DNA from: Mobula hypostoma
Lineage: Eukaryota
DNA: 64,000 bases
NCBI RefSeq assembly: GCF_963921235.1
Contig: NC_086097.1
Span: 43,836,001 to 43,900,000 of the forward strand
Direction of reading: 5' to 3'
In this document: positions 52,341 through 64,000 of the stretch, in pieces
Layout of the letters: every line of letters begins with the position of its first letter
Position numbering within the stretch: position 1 is the first letter of the stretch
Program-made: the position numbers and the translations under genes
The notes under the pieces: generated by a model
The model's database searches: none
What the model was told of the DNA's origin: nothing
What the model saw: the letters and a program-made list of their open reading frames with translations, nothing else

Positions 52341-53276
52341 AGAAGTTGCAATATTATGAACAAGTCTAAAGTTTAACAGTAGTACAGATATTGTTGAAAG
52401 TGAAATCTATAGTTGAAATAAACAAAATAATTATCAATTCTTTTCTGAATTATGACCATAAAGTATTTGACTTTTATCTAGGCTGTACTGATTAAAGTAA
52501 TAACGCGCCTTTATTAAAATGGCAACTTTCTTTATCACAATTACGAAGTGAAGTAGGGGACATTTATACCATAACATCCATGATTATATTCACATGGAAA
52601 CACAGTTCATGACAATAGCCTAGTATTCCATTCTTTTAAAGATTGGCGCATTCAGGTACAATAAACCTACGTTGCATGCTGAATCATATCTCACCCACCC
52701 CCCATCCCAGCTTTGCCACGGAGTTAACAAAATCGCATTTTCTTGTTTTGATATTCGGCTCGTTGACAGACCGCCCAGAGTTGAAATGCTGCCACAGAAT
52801 GGAGTTCATTTGGGGACAGCGTTGCTGCAATTCAAGTTGAATACTGATGAATGTGGTATTTATTGCTCAAAGAAATAAAATGGAGCTGGTTTTAATCGCT
52901 ACAATCCTGACTAAACTTTGACGAAAATCATTTTAATTATGAAGTTCGAAGCGCACACACTCACTCACTCACTCACTCTTCTAAATCACAGGTACTTAAA
53001 GAATTGAACAGCTGTGTTTCAGATCAGTATTGCGGTAAATTCCAAATACAGTATTTGAGAATCTACTCCCAAAGAACACAATACTTTAAAATTTGAAACG
53101 CCTACAAACTGTTAAAACAAAGAAATACACAACGAACGATAGATCATGACAAAACTTTTTCCCCAGAAGTTTTAGCTCATGTATCTTAAAAATATCACTC
53201 AATTACACCACTTTGAATTCTCCTTCCTGAAGTAAATAAAACAATAAAGTACTAATTTAACTAAATGTGCCATTAC

Positions 53277-53560
53277 CGCCACCATTTCCACTTAATCCGG
53301 GTTATCTGAGTACGAATACAATTTCAGAGTAAATTTCCTTATTAGGCTGCGTTTCCAAGAAAATTCCAGTCGAAATCTCTGTATCTGCCGAGATTCTTGA
53401 CTGTTCCTCCACTACAGACTCGACCTCGAAAGGCTTAACCTAACGGAAACCCGAACTCTCGGGGACTCTGTTCCGGTGAATTCTGAATTGGCGAGTTTTA
53501 TATATATTTAAGCTGACGTGTTTCGAAGGTACACATTTCCAACAAAGCCGGAAAAATCAG
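53277..53560 (-). promoter_or_regulatory. Candidate Pol II promoter and first exon (CRE-like site, TATA box, CpG-rich unique DNA)
   Basis: Minus strand CACGTCA (53520-53514) next to TATATATAAAA (TATAAAA at 53502-53496); visibly CpG-enriched non-repetitive stretch ~52640-53710; candidate donor GTAATG after 53277. Confidence 0.45.
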
Positions 53561-55242
53561 CGTGCTTGGATAAAAGGAAATGCAAAGTTTACCTAATATG
53601 AGAAGTATTTGCATTTACTTTAGCTTTGCTTTCTAGGAAAATGGATGTGTAAGGGCTCGGTATCTTAAATTAGTCTGAGATGCTTCGAATGTTGTGCAAC
53701 GTACATCGTTGATATAGAACTTTCACATTTATCTATTTTCTTTTACCAGAAGAACCAATGGAGTTTCCTGGAGGTGAAGGTAAATTGACAAAAAGTTGGT
53801 GCTCTTGACGAAGCAACTTCATTCCGTGGACAACTGATTGGAATATTCTGATGCTACAGTAACAGTTCGTCTTTCTATTTCATTTTGTGCGATTTAACTA
53901 ACTCTATAAGTTGATTAAAATCTTGGATAGATTCACAATTTCTTTTAAATTAAAATGTGTTTCTTTATCAGCATTCATAAAAATGTTAATGAGCGAGACT
54001 TCAAAAGAAGGATTCTACAAAATGGTCCAGACTTGTTGGATATAACGGTGGCTCCACTAGACTGAATTGGGGCAGCACATATGCTGAATTACTCTTGTAG
54101 ATAGGTTGAGGACATTCACAAGAGCAGGAAAGCCACTACATTTCATTCCAGTGAATGACGTGTCACCTACTCAGGTGACTATCCGATGCACCCCCCACCC
54201 CCATCCTCTGTTGGAGTTGTGGAAGCCTATTTGCAGAATCACTCTGTCCCATGTGATTTTACAAACTACCCATTTGACTGGGGTAAAACTGAATCTGTAC
54301 ATTATCATTCCTGTTATGACTTCTGTGCCTGGCCCTGACCCAGACTGGGCAGGGAGAAGCTAATCAAGATTCCAGAGCAGCACAATGCAGAACCCCACAA
54401 AACTGATGAATCTGTGTAACATTGCTACTAATATAATAACAGATTATTAAAAAAATCAGAAGAATTGTATGATAATAGGATTAGATGGTAAGTGTGACAA
54501 ATTATAATGAATTAACATGCTTTGGTGCAACCTTTGTACTATCTTATAATCTTGCCTGGCTTTCAACTATTAATTAACTGAAAATCCAATTTATGTGTAA
54601 ATAGTTCTAATCTTGGTTATGAAAACAGCTCACCACAGTGCTGCTGTCCCCCCCCCCCGCCATCTCTACATGTTGATTGAACCTGCTTATAGTTTCTCTA
54701 TAAAATTTCTCCCAGTTGCTTTCCTTTTCTAACTTCTCTTTTCATAATGTAAAAGAATCATGCTTTTGACAATTGATTTATGCAAACCCTCTCTTGTAAA
54801 ATTAGTCAGCTCCATCGTGGGTACTAGCCTCTGTAGTATCCAAGACTTCTTCAAAGAGCGGTGCCTCAGAAAAGTGGTGTCCATTACTAAGGAAGTCCTT
54901 TACCCAGGGCTGCCCTCTTCTCATTGATACCGTCAGGAAGCCTGAAGGCGCACACTCCGCAATTCAGGAACAGCTTCTTCCCCTCTGCCATCTGATTTTT
55001 TAAAATGGACATCGAACCCATGAACACTACCTCACTTTTCTTTATTATTTCTGGTTTTGCACTACTATATTTAATTTAACTATTTAGTATATATATATAC
55101 TTGCTGTAATTCATTTTTTAATTTTTCTGTATTTTATCATCTATTGCATTGTGCTGCTGCCGCTAAGTTAATGAATTTTACGACATATGCTGGTGATATT
55201 AAACTTGATTCTGAGTCTTTGTTACTGTCCCCTTTATTCAGT

Positions 55243-55410
55243 AATAGAAACATAGAAAATAGGTGCAGGAGTAGGCCATTCGGCCCTTCGAGCCTGCACT
55301 GCCATTCAGTACGATCATGGCTGATCATCCAACTCAGAACCCTGTACCTGCCTTCTCTCCATACCTCCTGATCCCGTTAGCCACAAGGGCCATATCTAAC
55401 TCCCTCTCAT
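55243..55410 (-). repeat. CR1 3' UTR fragment
   Basis: atagaaacatagaaaataggtgcaggagtaggccattcggccc, the reverse complement of the CR1 end at 50030-50110. Confidence 0.8.
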
Positions 55411-57574
55411 ATATAACTCCCTCCTAAATTCGTTAGGCACTATTAATTTTCACTGAAGGGTTGTCGTGGTGGAGAAGATAGTCAAAACTGCCCAACACAT
55501 CACCAGCACTAGTCTACCCACCATCAAGGACATGTATACAGAAAGGTGCCAGAATAGGGCCAGTAACAGTTTGAAGGATCCCACCCACCCACCCCTGCTC
55601 ATGGACTGTTTGCCCTCCTCCCATCAGCGATGAAACTACATAGCATCCATGCCAGGACCACCAGACTCAAAAACAATTACTTTCTCCCAGCAGTAAGGCT
55701 GATTAACACCTCCATCCACTAACCCACCCTCCACATCTCCCACCACCATGACTTTATCATTTCCAGTCAGTCACCTTGTGTCCAGCAAAGCTTTATAGAC
55801 ACACAATCTATATATACAAGTTATGTATTTATATTTAATTGTGTTTTTGTACTGCAGCAGTTCTGGAGTAACAATTATTTCATTCTCCTTTACACTTGTG
55901 TACTGGAAATGACATTAAGCAATTTTGAATTTCTGAACTTGCTTGGAGACGTTGTTCCAACTCAAAGGATAGCCTGTAAGCAGTCAGACTGTGGATAAAA
56001 CAGACAGCACATATTTCTAGGGTTAACCCCACTTGAGGAATAAACTTATTTTCTTTCTTTAATTTGTAGCATTCCAGCTCTCTGCAGCTCAAGAGATGTG
56101 AATGTCATCAATTTTTAAAAGTTGTTTTAAACAAGTCCCTATGTCTTATATAGCAAGTTGATGTTTGTAAATCACATCTTCCTGAAGGTGTGGCCCTTAG
56201 CCAATTAACCAAACCACATTATTTTTTTTTAAATTATGATTGCTTATGATAGGACAAATCTCAGAGTTGTGTTTTGTATACATACTTTGATAATAAATGT
56301 ATGTTTACTGTATAGGAAAAAACATACAACAATTCTGTTGGCTAAATGTATTCTAAGAGCTACTAATAGATGCTTAATAAAACAAACTGTTAACAAGTCA
56401 TAAAATGGTTATTACATCCAGAATTAGAATTAGATTTATTATCACTGACTTGTAAAACATGACATTTGTTGTTTTGCTGCAGCAGTACAGTGCAAAGACA
56501 AAAAATTGCTATAAATTACAGAAATGAATAAATAGTGCCCCCCCAAAAAAGTAATAATGAGATAGGGTTCATGGTGCATTCAGAAATGCAGAGGGAAGAA
56601 ACTGTTTCTGGTTTAATAAGTATGGGCCTTCAAGCTCCTGTACTTCCGTCTTGATGGTCAGAATGAGATGACATTGCGGCTGGTGAGAGTTCTTAGTGAT
56701 GGATGAGGAGGGGTGTCTGTTTTCTCGGCTTCCCCTTCCTGAAGTTCACTATCAATTTCTGGAGGCTGCAATAGATATCCAACTGATTAGGGGACAAGCC
56801 AATCACTGGAATGAAGTGGAGTGTTATTCCAGCTCTTTCCAGCTCGAGAGATGTGAATGTCACCAATTCATCCTGAATAGTACTTCAGCATAATACATCC
56901 AGGGTTTAACTGCCTGAATTCAGTCTAGTGGAGTGCCAGGTTGTTGTCGTGACATCACTCAACCTGCCAACTATCTTATACCTGCATGCCTGCTTGTTGC
57001 CATCTGAGATTCTACCCACAACAGTGGTACCATTGGCAAATTTATAGATGGCATTTGAGCTATGCCTAATCACTCAGTCATGAACGTAGAGAGAGTAGAA
57101 TAGTGGGCCAAGGTTCACTGGTGTTGATTGTCAGTGAGGAGCAGATCAGAATCAGAATCAGGTTTATTACCACCGGCATGTGTCATGAAAATTGTTAACT
57201 TAGCGGCAGCAGTTGAGAAAAATTTCAGGTGCTCAAAAGCCGAGTGAAAAGCTGGTGCGATTGTGTCTGCTGTAGACCTTTTGTGACGGTAGGTGAACTG
57301 CAGCAGGTCTGGGTCCTTGCTCAGGCTGTTAATTACAGCCATGACCAACCATGTTATTGCAGCGGATGTGAGTGCTATTGGGCAATACTCTTTGAGGTAG
57401 CTCACCCTGCTTTTCTTAGCCACTGATATGACTGGTGCCCGTTTGAAGCAGGTGAGAAAAGCAGTGAGGGGTTGAAGATGTTCCTGAATGCTCCAGCCGC
57501 TGAACATCTATCCATCATTAATGTTACGATCTCAGCAGTACAGCTCATGATATAATACGTCAGTCTCTGCATAT

Positions 57575-57655
57575 CAGGGGTTCCCAACCTGGGGTCCACG
57601 GACCTCTTGCTTAATGGTTTTGGTCCATGACATAATAAAAGATTGAGAACCCCTG
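57575..57655. mobile_element. Tiny hAT-type MITE
   Basis: TIRs caggggttcccaacct / agattgagaacccctg; no clear 8-bp TSD. Confidence 0.65.
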
Positions 57656-58658
57656 TTATAAATAGAGGGAAACTCTACAAAATACGGCAAGTCTGCTCAA
57701 TTACAAATAACATTCTTGGGTAAATTCAAAGTTCAAAATAAATTTATTATCAAAGTGCGCATGTGTTAACATTAATTTTCTTGCAGGTATTCACAGTAGA
57801 ACAAAGAGATACAATGGAATCAATGAAAAACTACACCGAAACATGGTTGGAACAGCATTGTGGGCCGAAGGGCCTGTAATGTGCTGTAAATTTCTATGTT
57901 CTCTATGTTATGTTCAAACAAAGGCTGACAATCAATGTGCAAAGGACACGTTGTGCAAATACAAAAATAGATAAATAAATACTGAGAACGTGAGTTGTAA
58001 CTTTAAGAGAGCTAAGTGTGAATGCAGGAAAACTGAACTCTTGGCACAAAGAATGAGCTGAAATCCTCGGCGATGTTTCAGCAATAAAGATTGTCATTTC
58101 AAAGTGGAGAATGAAGCCACAGCATTCCTGTTAAAAGACAGACAAATAATGGAACAATCAGAAATGAGAGGAGGCAGTTATTGTTTGGGGGAGGAAACTG
58201 GAGTAGGGGTAAGTGGATGGTGGATAGTCAGCTATGGTGGGAGGAAGGATCACAAGAGGCTGCAGAGGGTTGTAGGTTCAGCCATCTCCATCATGCATAC
58301 AACCCTCCCCACCACGAAGAACAACTTCAAGAGCTGGTGCTTCAAGTAGGTGGCTCCATCATTAAAAAAACCCCTCACCATCTAGGACATGCTTTTTCCA
58401 TATTACAACCATCAGGAGGAGAAACAGGGAGCTGAAGAGCAGCAGTCAGTGCTTTACGAACAGCTTCTCCCTTTCCGAGCAGTGGGTGCACCCATGAACA
58501 TTACCTCCTCATTTATCGTTTACACTACTTAATTTGTAAACTTGTAACGTTAATGTCTTGCACTGTACTGTAGGCACAAAACAACACATTTCGTGATATA
58601 CTGTATGCGTCAGTGACAATAAACCTGCTTCTGTTTCTAAGTCCGCTTTCTTGTTGTA

Positions 58659-59111
58659 CGAGGGGTGATTGCTAAGTTCGTGGCCTAAGGTAGAAGGAGT
58701 CCATTTTAGAAAACCTAGCACATTTATTTTTCAACATAGTCCCCTCCTACATGTACACACTTAGTCCAGCGGTCGTGGAGCATACAGATCCCTTCTTTGT
58801 AGAAGTGGTCCACAGCAGGGGTGATTGATAAGTTGGTGGCCTAAGGTAGAAGGAGATGAGTTATTAACTTCAAACTAGTTGAACTGCACGTGCATGTAAC
58901 GAGAGTGTCTTGGACCTCCAGGTGGTCCACAGCAGGGGTGATTAATAAGTTTGTGGCCTTAGGTAGAAGGAGATGAGTTACACAGCTCTTGTTAAATGCA
59001 CGTGCAGTTGAACTCTTTGAGTGAAAATGCAGAAAGTTTGAAGTTAATAACTCATCTTCTTTTACCTTAGGCCACGAACTTATCAATCACCCCCCCAGCA
59101 CCCCCCCTCCG
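58659..59111. mobile_element. Mariner-type MITE with internally repeated TIR
   Basis: TA + cgaggggtgattgctaagttcgtggcctaagg ... ccttaggccacgaacttatcaatcacccc; extra TIR copies at ~58817 and ~58936. Confidence 0.85.
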
Positions 59112-60466
59112 TATATCTGTATGACTCTATGAAACCCAGTACTTCACTTCTGCAAGTGCCTTTTCCCAAGATAATGTCTGATAAAGTCATACCACCTTTA
59201 TATTGACTGTTAGATTATCTGGAGTGATAAAAGGCACTTCAATCAGCTAAATGTAAAGCTTCCACCACAGTTCGGTTTCCATGACACCTAACATGCTTAT
59301 ACGGTTTCACAAGAGGCACTTGCCTTTTACAGTTATTCTCTGTTCTCAGCTTCCTCCCACACAAGAAAATGACACTGTTGTGAGATTTAGGGAGCTGCTC
59401 AACATAGAGAACAGCAATTTCAAGTGCCATTATAACATTATTTTGTTAAGGTAAAATGGGAACAAAGCACAATGCAATGGATATTTCTTTTAGGCTTGTG
59501 TTATTTAATAGGTGGAAGGTAACTTGCACTTTGAGCAGAAAAGCATTTTACATTTATTCAATCTTTTCCAACTGATGGCGTGGTGTAAAAAATATTCAGA
59601 GTTACATGTATGTACTTAGGGCAGCAGCACGGACACATAGCATTATGTAAGGATCATTTAGAAGGATAACAAACTACACACACTTTAGAAAATAAAACAC
59701 AATTAGAACAAAAAATGTAGTGCCAAGTGGTCAAAATGTTCATACTGCTGCTAAACTGGAGTGACTAGGGATGTGCCAGTTGGTTCAAGGATCAAATGAT
59801 TGAAGGGAAGGGGCTGTTCTTGAACCTGGTGTGTGGGACTTCAGGCTTCTGCACCTCCTGTCCATTGATTGCTGCAAAAAGATGGCATGGCCCAGATGGT
59901 GGGGCTCCTTGATGATAGATGGTGCCTTCCTGAGGCAGGGCCTCCTACTGAGGGGAGGGTTGTGCCCGTAATGTATTTGCCAGAGTCCACTACTCTCTGC
60001 AGCTTCTTACATTCTTGCACGTTTGAATTGCCATCCCAGACCATAATGCAACAAGTCTGGATACTTTCAACAGTACACCTGTAGAAGTTTTTAAAAATGC
60101 TCGATGATAAACCAAACCTGGACCCTTTCCTTGTGAATGCATCTATATACAGTACTGGGCCCAGGGCAGCTTATCCAATATGTTAACAGCTAGGAACTTA
60201 GAGTTGCTGATTCATTCCACTGTCAATTCCCCAACGCACCCGTCCATTGCGCAGTGGTTAGTCAGCAGCTCATCCCACTGTGGTCCCTTATCATTGCGGC
60301 CAAATGCTGTGTGCTATGAATTTTACACAGTTTGCCTAGCTAACAGGGTTTGTTAAATCTTGTGCAGTACAATGAGAAAAAAAATGATTAATTGTCATGC
60401 TGTGAAGTAGAATGTGGTCATAATGTGGTAGAACTAAGCTTTGGAAAAGCCAGAAGTGAATATAAC

Positions 60467-60650
60467 CAACACACATCAAAGTTGCTGGTGAACGCAGCAG
60501 GCCAGGCAGCATCTCTAGGAAGAGGTGCAGTCGACGTTTCAGGCCGAGACCCTTCGTCAAGACTTCCTTCAGTTAGCTTGGCCTGCTGCGTTCACCAGCA
60601 ACTTTTATGTGTGTTGCTTGAATTTCTAGCATCTGCAGAATTCCTGTTGT
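60467..60650. mobile_element. Palindromic mini Penelope insertion with 13-bp near-perfect TSD and hammerhead motif
   Basis: TSD aagtga(a/g)tataac at 60454-60466 and 60651-60663; minus strand 60564-60529 AGUC-UUGACGA-A-GGGU-CUCG-GCCU-GAAA-CGU-C-GACU. Confidence 0.88.
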
Positions 60651-60835
60651 AAGTGAGTATAACACTTGATTATTAATATTTGCTATACATGGCTAAATTC
60701 AGATTGCAATCACTTCCAATTAAAAAAAAATCACTATTAAAAATAAACTGATATATTATGAAACACAGATACTTTTAAAAAAACCTTATTCTTTTCTTCC
60801 ACAAGTAAAATTTCCATTCAGGGAAATAGTCTTAC

Positions 60836-61118
60836 AGATCCTGTAGCACATAATCTGGTTCAGGATTGATGAACAGGTGTGAATGCTGGGAATTTACAGT
60901 AATTTTGTGGAGTCCAGCAGCGGAGCGTGGTTGAGAAATTGCCAGTGGAGCCTTGCCAGCAAGTTCAGGACTTTGCATGGGAATCCTGAACTTCCTGGCA
61001 CTCATATTGAGAAAGGCACTGCCAGCCATTCTCAGCAGCCCTTTTCATCTATATTGTGGAGCACAGCATGAGCATGTTGTTTTGTTCAGGTTCCTTTGTA
61101 CTATGCTATACAAATTTG
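60836..61118 (-). CDS. Candidate host exon containing a start codon (product unknown)
   Basis: Unique DNA; acceptor ttcctttag before 61118; ATG at 61029 (in-frame upstream stop) open to donor CT|GTAAGA after 60836; peptide MAGSAFLNMSARKFRIP...EPDYVLQD not recognised. Confidence 0.3.
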
Positions 61119-61829
61119 CTAAAGGAACATTGTAAGTATACAAAAACTTTGACCTCAATAACCAAGGAAACAAATACAATTAAGATTTAAAGTACCAGAG
61201 CAGAACTTAAAAGAGGAACTGAACCCATTTTCAATGAAGAAAGTGTGTATTCGGGCCACAACTCAACAGAATAATGTAAATTTGGGTGTAGGCTATAATC
61301 ATTTTGGTATTACAATTAAACAGAGGTTACTTGACAGCTCAACTCACTGTGGCTCTTCACTGCTGCAGCCAAATGTGTGCTATGAATTGCATACAGGTTT
61401 GGCCAGCTAACAAGCTCTTTCAGATTTTGTGTTAGTATTGTGCAATGAGAAAGAATTGATTAATAGTCTTCATAAGTAGAGACTGCCCATGGTAGGGTTT
61501 TACAGTAGTGATTTAGTTCAATCAGAAACCAGAATTTTCAATCTTAACAAAGGAAACTATGAATGTCTGATGGATAGATAAGTTGCGATAGATAAGGAAA
61601 CAACATAAGAAGATTTGACAATAGATACCCAATACCGTAATTTAAAGAAACAATACATGATTTGTAACAAATATACATTTCTTTAGAAGGGCAGAATGGG
61701 AAATTCAATTTACGGTTTAATCCTCGTGTTAGAATCTTTGGTTCAAGTGTTTTCAGTGAGAAGAAGCTGAGGCTAGGTTAATGTTTTGTCAAGTTCTGTT
61801 TCTTTCGTTACTAGTGGCTAGTTAGAACA

Positions 61830-62420
61830 TTGAGAATGAATCCTGAGGCAGTGGTGTAATCCTCTTGCAAGATGTGGGAGATTGAGAAGACCTCCAGTGT
61901 CGCAACTGCAAAATCTGCAAGTGAATCGGGTGCAGCTCTTAAAGGCTCTCTTAGGGAACTGGAGCTGGAGAAAGGTGATCTACAGATCATTTGGGAAAAA
62001 GGCGAGTTGATGGATAAGAGCTACAGTCACACCTAAGTTGCAGGAGGCTGGGTGACTGTCAGGAAAGGGAAGGGAACAGGCAGACAATCCAGAGTATCTC
62101 AGTGGCCATTCCCCTCAGTAAAAAGTATACTGCTTTGGATCTGGCTGGGAGAGATGTCCTGCTGGTGGAAAGACAGAGCAGCCAGGTCTCTGGTTATGAG
62201 ACTGGCTCGATAGATCAGATGGGAAAGGGGGAGAAGAGGAGAGAGATGGTGATAAGGGATTTAATAGTTAGGGGTAATTATTGTTAATTACAATAATTGT
62301 GTGGATGTGAAAGAGACTTTCAAATGGCAAGTTGCCTCCCAGGTGCCAGAGTCAGGGACATTTCAGATTGGGTCCATAGCATTCTATATGGGGAATGAGA
62401 GCAGTCAGATGTTGTGGTAC
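61830..62420 (+). mobile_element. Degraded CR1 ORF1 (zinc finger/coiled-coil and esterase-like) fragment
   Basis: C..CKMWE, ELELE, WVTVR, AIPLSKKYTALD, VIRDLIVRG (GDSIVRG-like), CLPGARVRD, DVVVHI remnants. Confidence 0.75.
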
Positions 62421-64000
62421 ATATTCGTGACACTTCTCACGCTCTTAAACTTTTTGATGATTTTAAGTTCCCTGGCCCCCACCGCTTTATTTTCACCATG
62501 GATGTCCAGTCCTTATATACTTCCATCCCCCATCAGGATGGTCTCAAAGCTCTACGCTTCTTTTTGGATTCCAGACCTAATCAGTTCCCCTCTACCACCA
62601 CTCTGCTCCGTCTAGTGGAATTAGTCCTTACTCTTAATAATTTCTCCTTTGGCTCCTCCCACTTCCTCCAAACTAAAGGTGTAGCTATGGGCACCTGTAT
62701 GGGTCCTAGCTATGCCTGCCTTTTTATTGGCTTTGTGGAACAATCTATGTTCTGTGCCTATTCTGGTATCTGTCCCCCACTTTTCCTTCGCTACATCGAT
62801 GACTGCATTGGCGCTGCTTCCTGCACGCATGCAGAACTCGTTGACTTTATTAACTTTGTCTCCAACTTTCACCCTGCCCTCAAGTTTACCTGGTCCATTT
62901 CTGACACCTCCCTCCCCTTTCTAGATCTTTCTGTCTCTGTCTCTGGAGACAGCTTATCCACTGATGTCTACTATAAGCCTACTGACTCTCACAGCTATCT
63001 GGACTATTCCTCTTCTCACCCTGTCTCTTGCAAAAACGCCATCCCCTTCTCGCAATTCCTCCGTCTCCGCCACATCTGCTCTCAGGATGAGGCTTTTCAT
63101 TCTAGGACGAGGGAGATGTCTTCCTTTTTTAAAGAAAGGGGCTTCCCTTCCTCCACTATCAACTCTGCTCTTAAACGCATCTCCCCCATTTCACATACAT
63201 CTGCTCTCACTCCATCCTCCTGCCACCCCACAAGGAATAGGATTCCCCTGGTCCTCACCTACCACCCCACCAGCCTCCGGGTCCAACATATTATTCTCCG
63301 TAACTTCCGCCACCTCCAACGGGATCCCACCACTAAGCACATCTTTCCCTCCCCCCCGCTGCATTCCGCAGGGATCACTCCCTACGCAACTCCCTTGTCC
63401 ATTCGTCCCCCCCATCCCTCCCCACTGATCTCCCTCCTGGCACTTCTCCGTGTAAGCGGAACAAGTGCTACACATGCCCTTACACTTCCTCCCTTACCAC
63501 CATTCAGGGCCCCAAACAGTCCTTCCAGGTGAGGCAACACTTCACCTGTGAGTCGACTGGGGTGATATACTGCGTCCGGTGCTCCCGATGTGGCCTTTTA
63601 TATATTGGCGAGACCCGACGCAGACTGGGTGACCGCTTTGCTGAACATCTACGCTCTGTCCGCCAGAGAAAGCAGGATCTCCCAGTGGCCACACATTTTA
63701 ATTCCACATCCCATTCCCATTCTGACTTGTCTATCCACGGCCTCCTCTACTGTAAAGATGAAGCCACACTCAGGTTGGAGGAACAACACCTTATATTCCA
63801 TCTGGGTAGCCTCCAACCTGATGGCATGAACATCGACTTCTCTAACTTCCGCTAAGGCCCCACCTCCCCCTCGTACCTCATCTGTTACTTATTTTTATGC
63901 ACACATTCTTTCTCTCACTCTCCTTTTTCTCCCTCTGTCCCTCTGAATATACCCCTTGCCCATCCTCTGGGTCCCCCCCCCTTGTCTTTCTTCCCGGACC
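62418..64000 (+). mobile_element. Neptune-type Penelope-like element, 5'-truncated (RT, Cys linker, GIY-YIG, 3' UTR running off the window); one frameshift near 63360
   Basis: ORF 62414-63532 MDVQSLYTSIP, GVAMGTCMGPSYA, LRYIDD, LPFLD, VYYKPTD; CKRNKCYTC at 63451-63477 in frame with GIY-YIG ORF 63529-63855 (GVIYC...YIGET...RFAEH...GMN). Confidence 0.96.

Noticed and set aside
58659..59090. CRISPR-like repeat-spacer array
   Set aside because: The repeats are mariner TIR copies in a vertebrate context, with irregular spacing and no cas genes.

Overview
Vertebrate genomic DNA, most likely a cartilaginous fish (ray or shark). This is inferred from the repeat mix of CR1, Rex1/Babar, Neptune-type Penelope, DeuSINE-like and V-SINE-like elements. 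The window is mostly intronic or intergenic and dominated by layered, often nested transposable elements: CR1 and Rex1/Babar LINEs, RTE fragments, Penelope-like elements (RT plus GIY-YIG), a HERO-like restriction-like-endonuclease retrotransposon, an internally deleted Gypsy LTR element, and Tc1/mariner, PIF/Harbinger and hAT MITEs. I recognise no host protein-coding gene with confidence. There is a CpG-rich CRE/TATA promoter-like region (~53.3-53.6 kb, minus strand) and one candidate minus-strand exon (60836-61118). The most interesting signals are RNA structures. (1) The 3' UTR of the HERO-like element holds all three hammerhead core strands in a non-circular, pseudoknotted order (21364-21438, minus). 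(2) Penelope termini carry minimal type-I hammerhead motifs, including three ~170-210 bp palindromic mini-insertions with 13-14 bp target-site duplications. All family calls come from motif recognition by eye, and boundaries of degraded elements are approximate.
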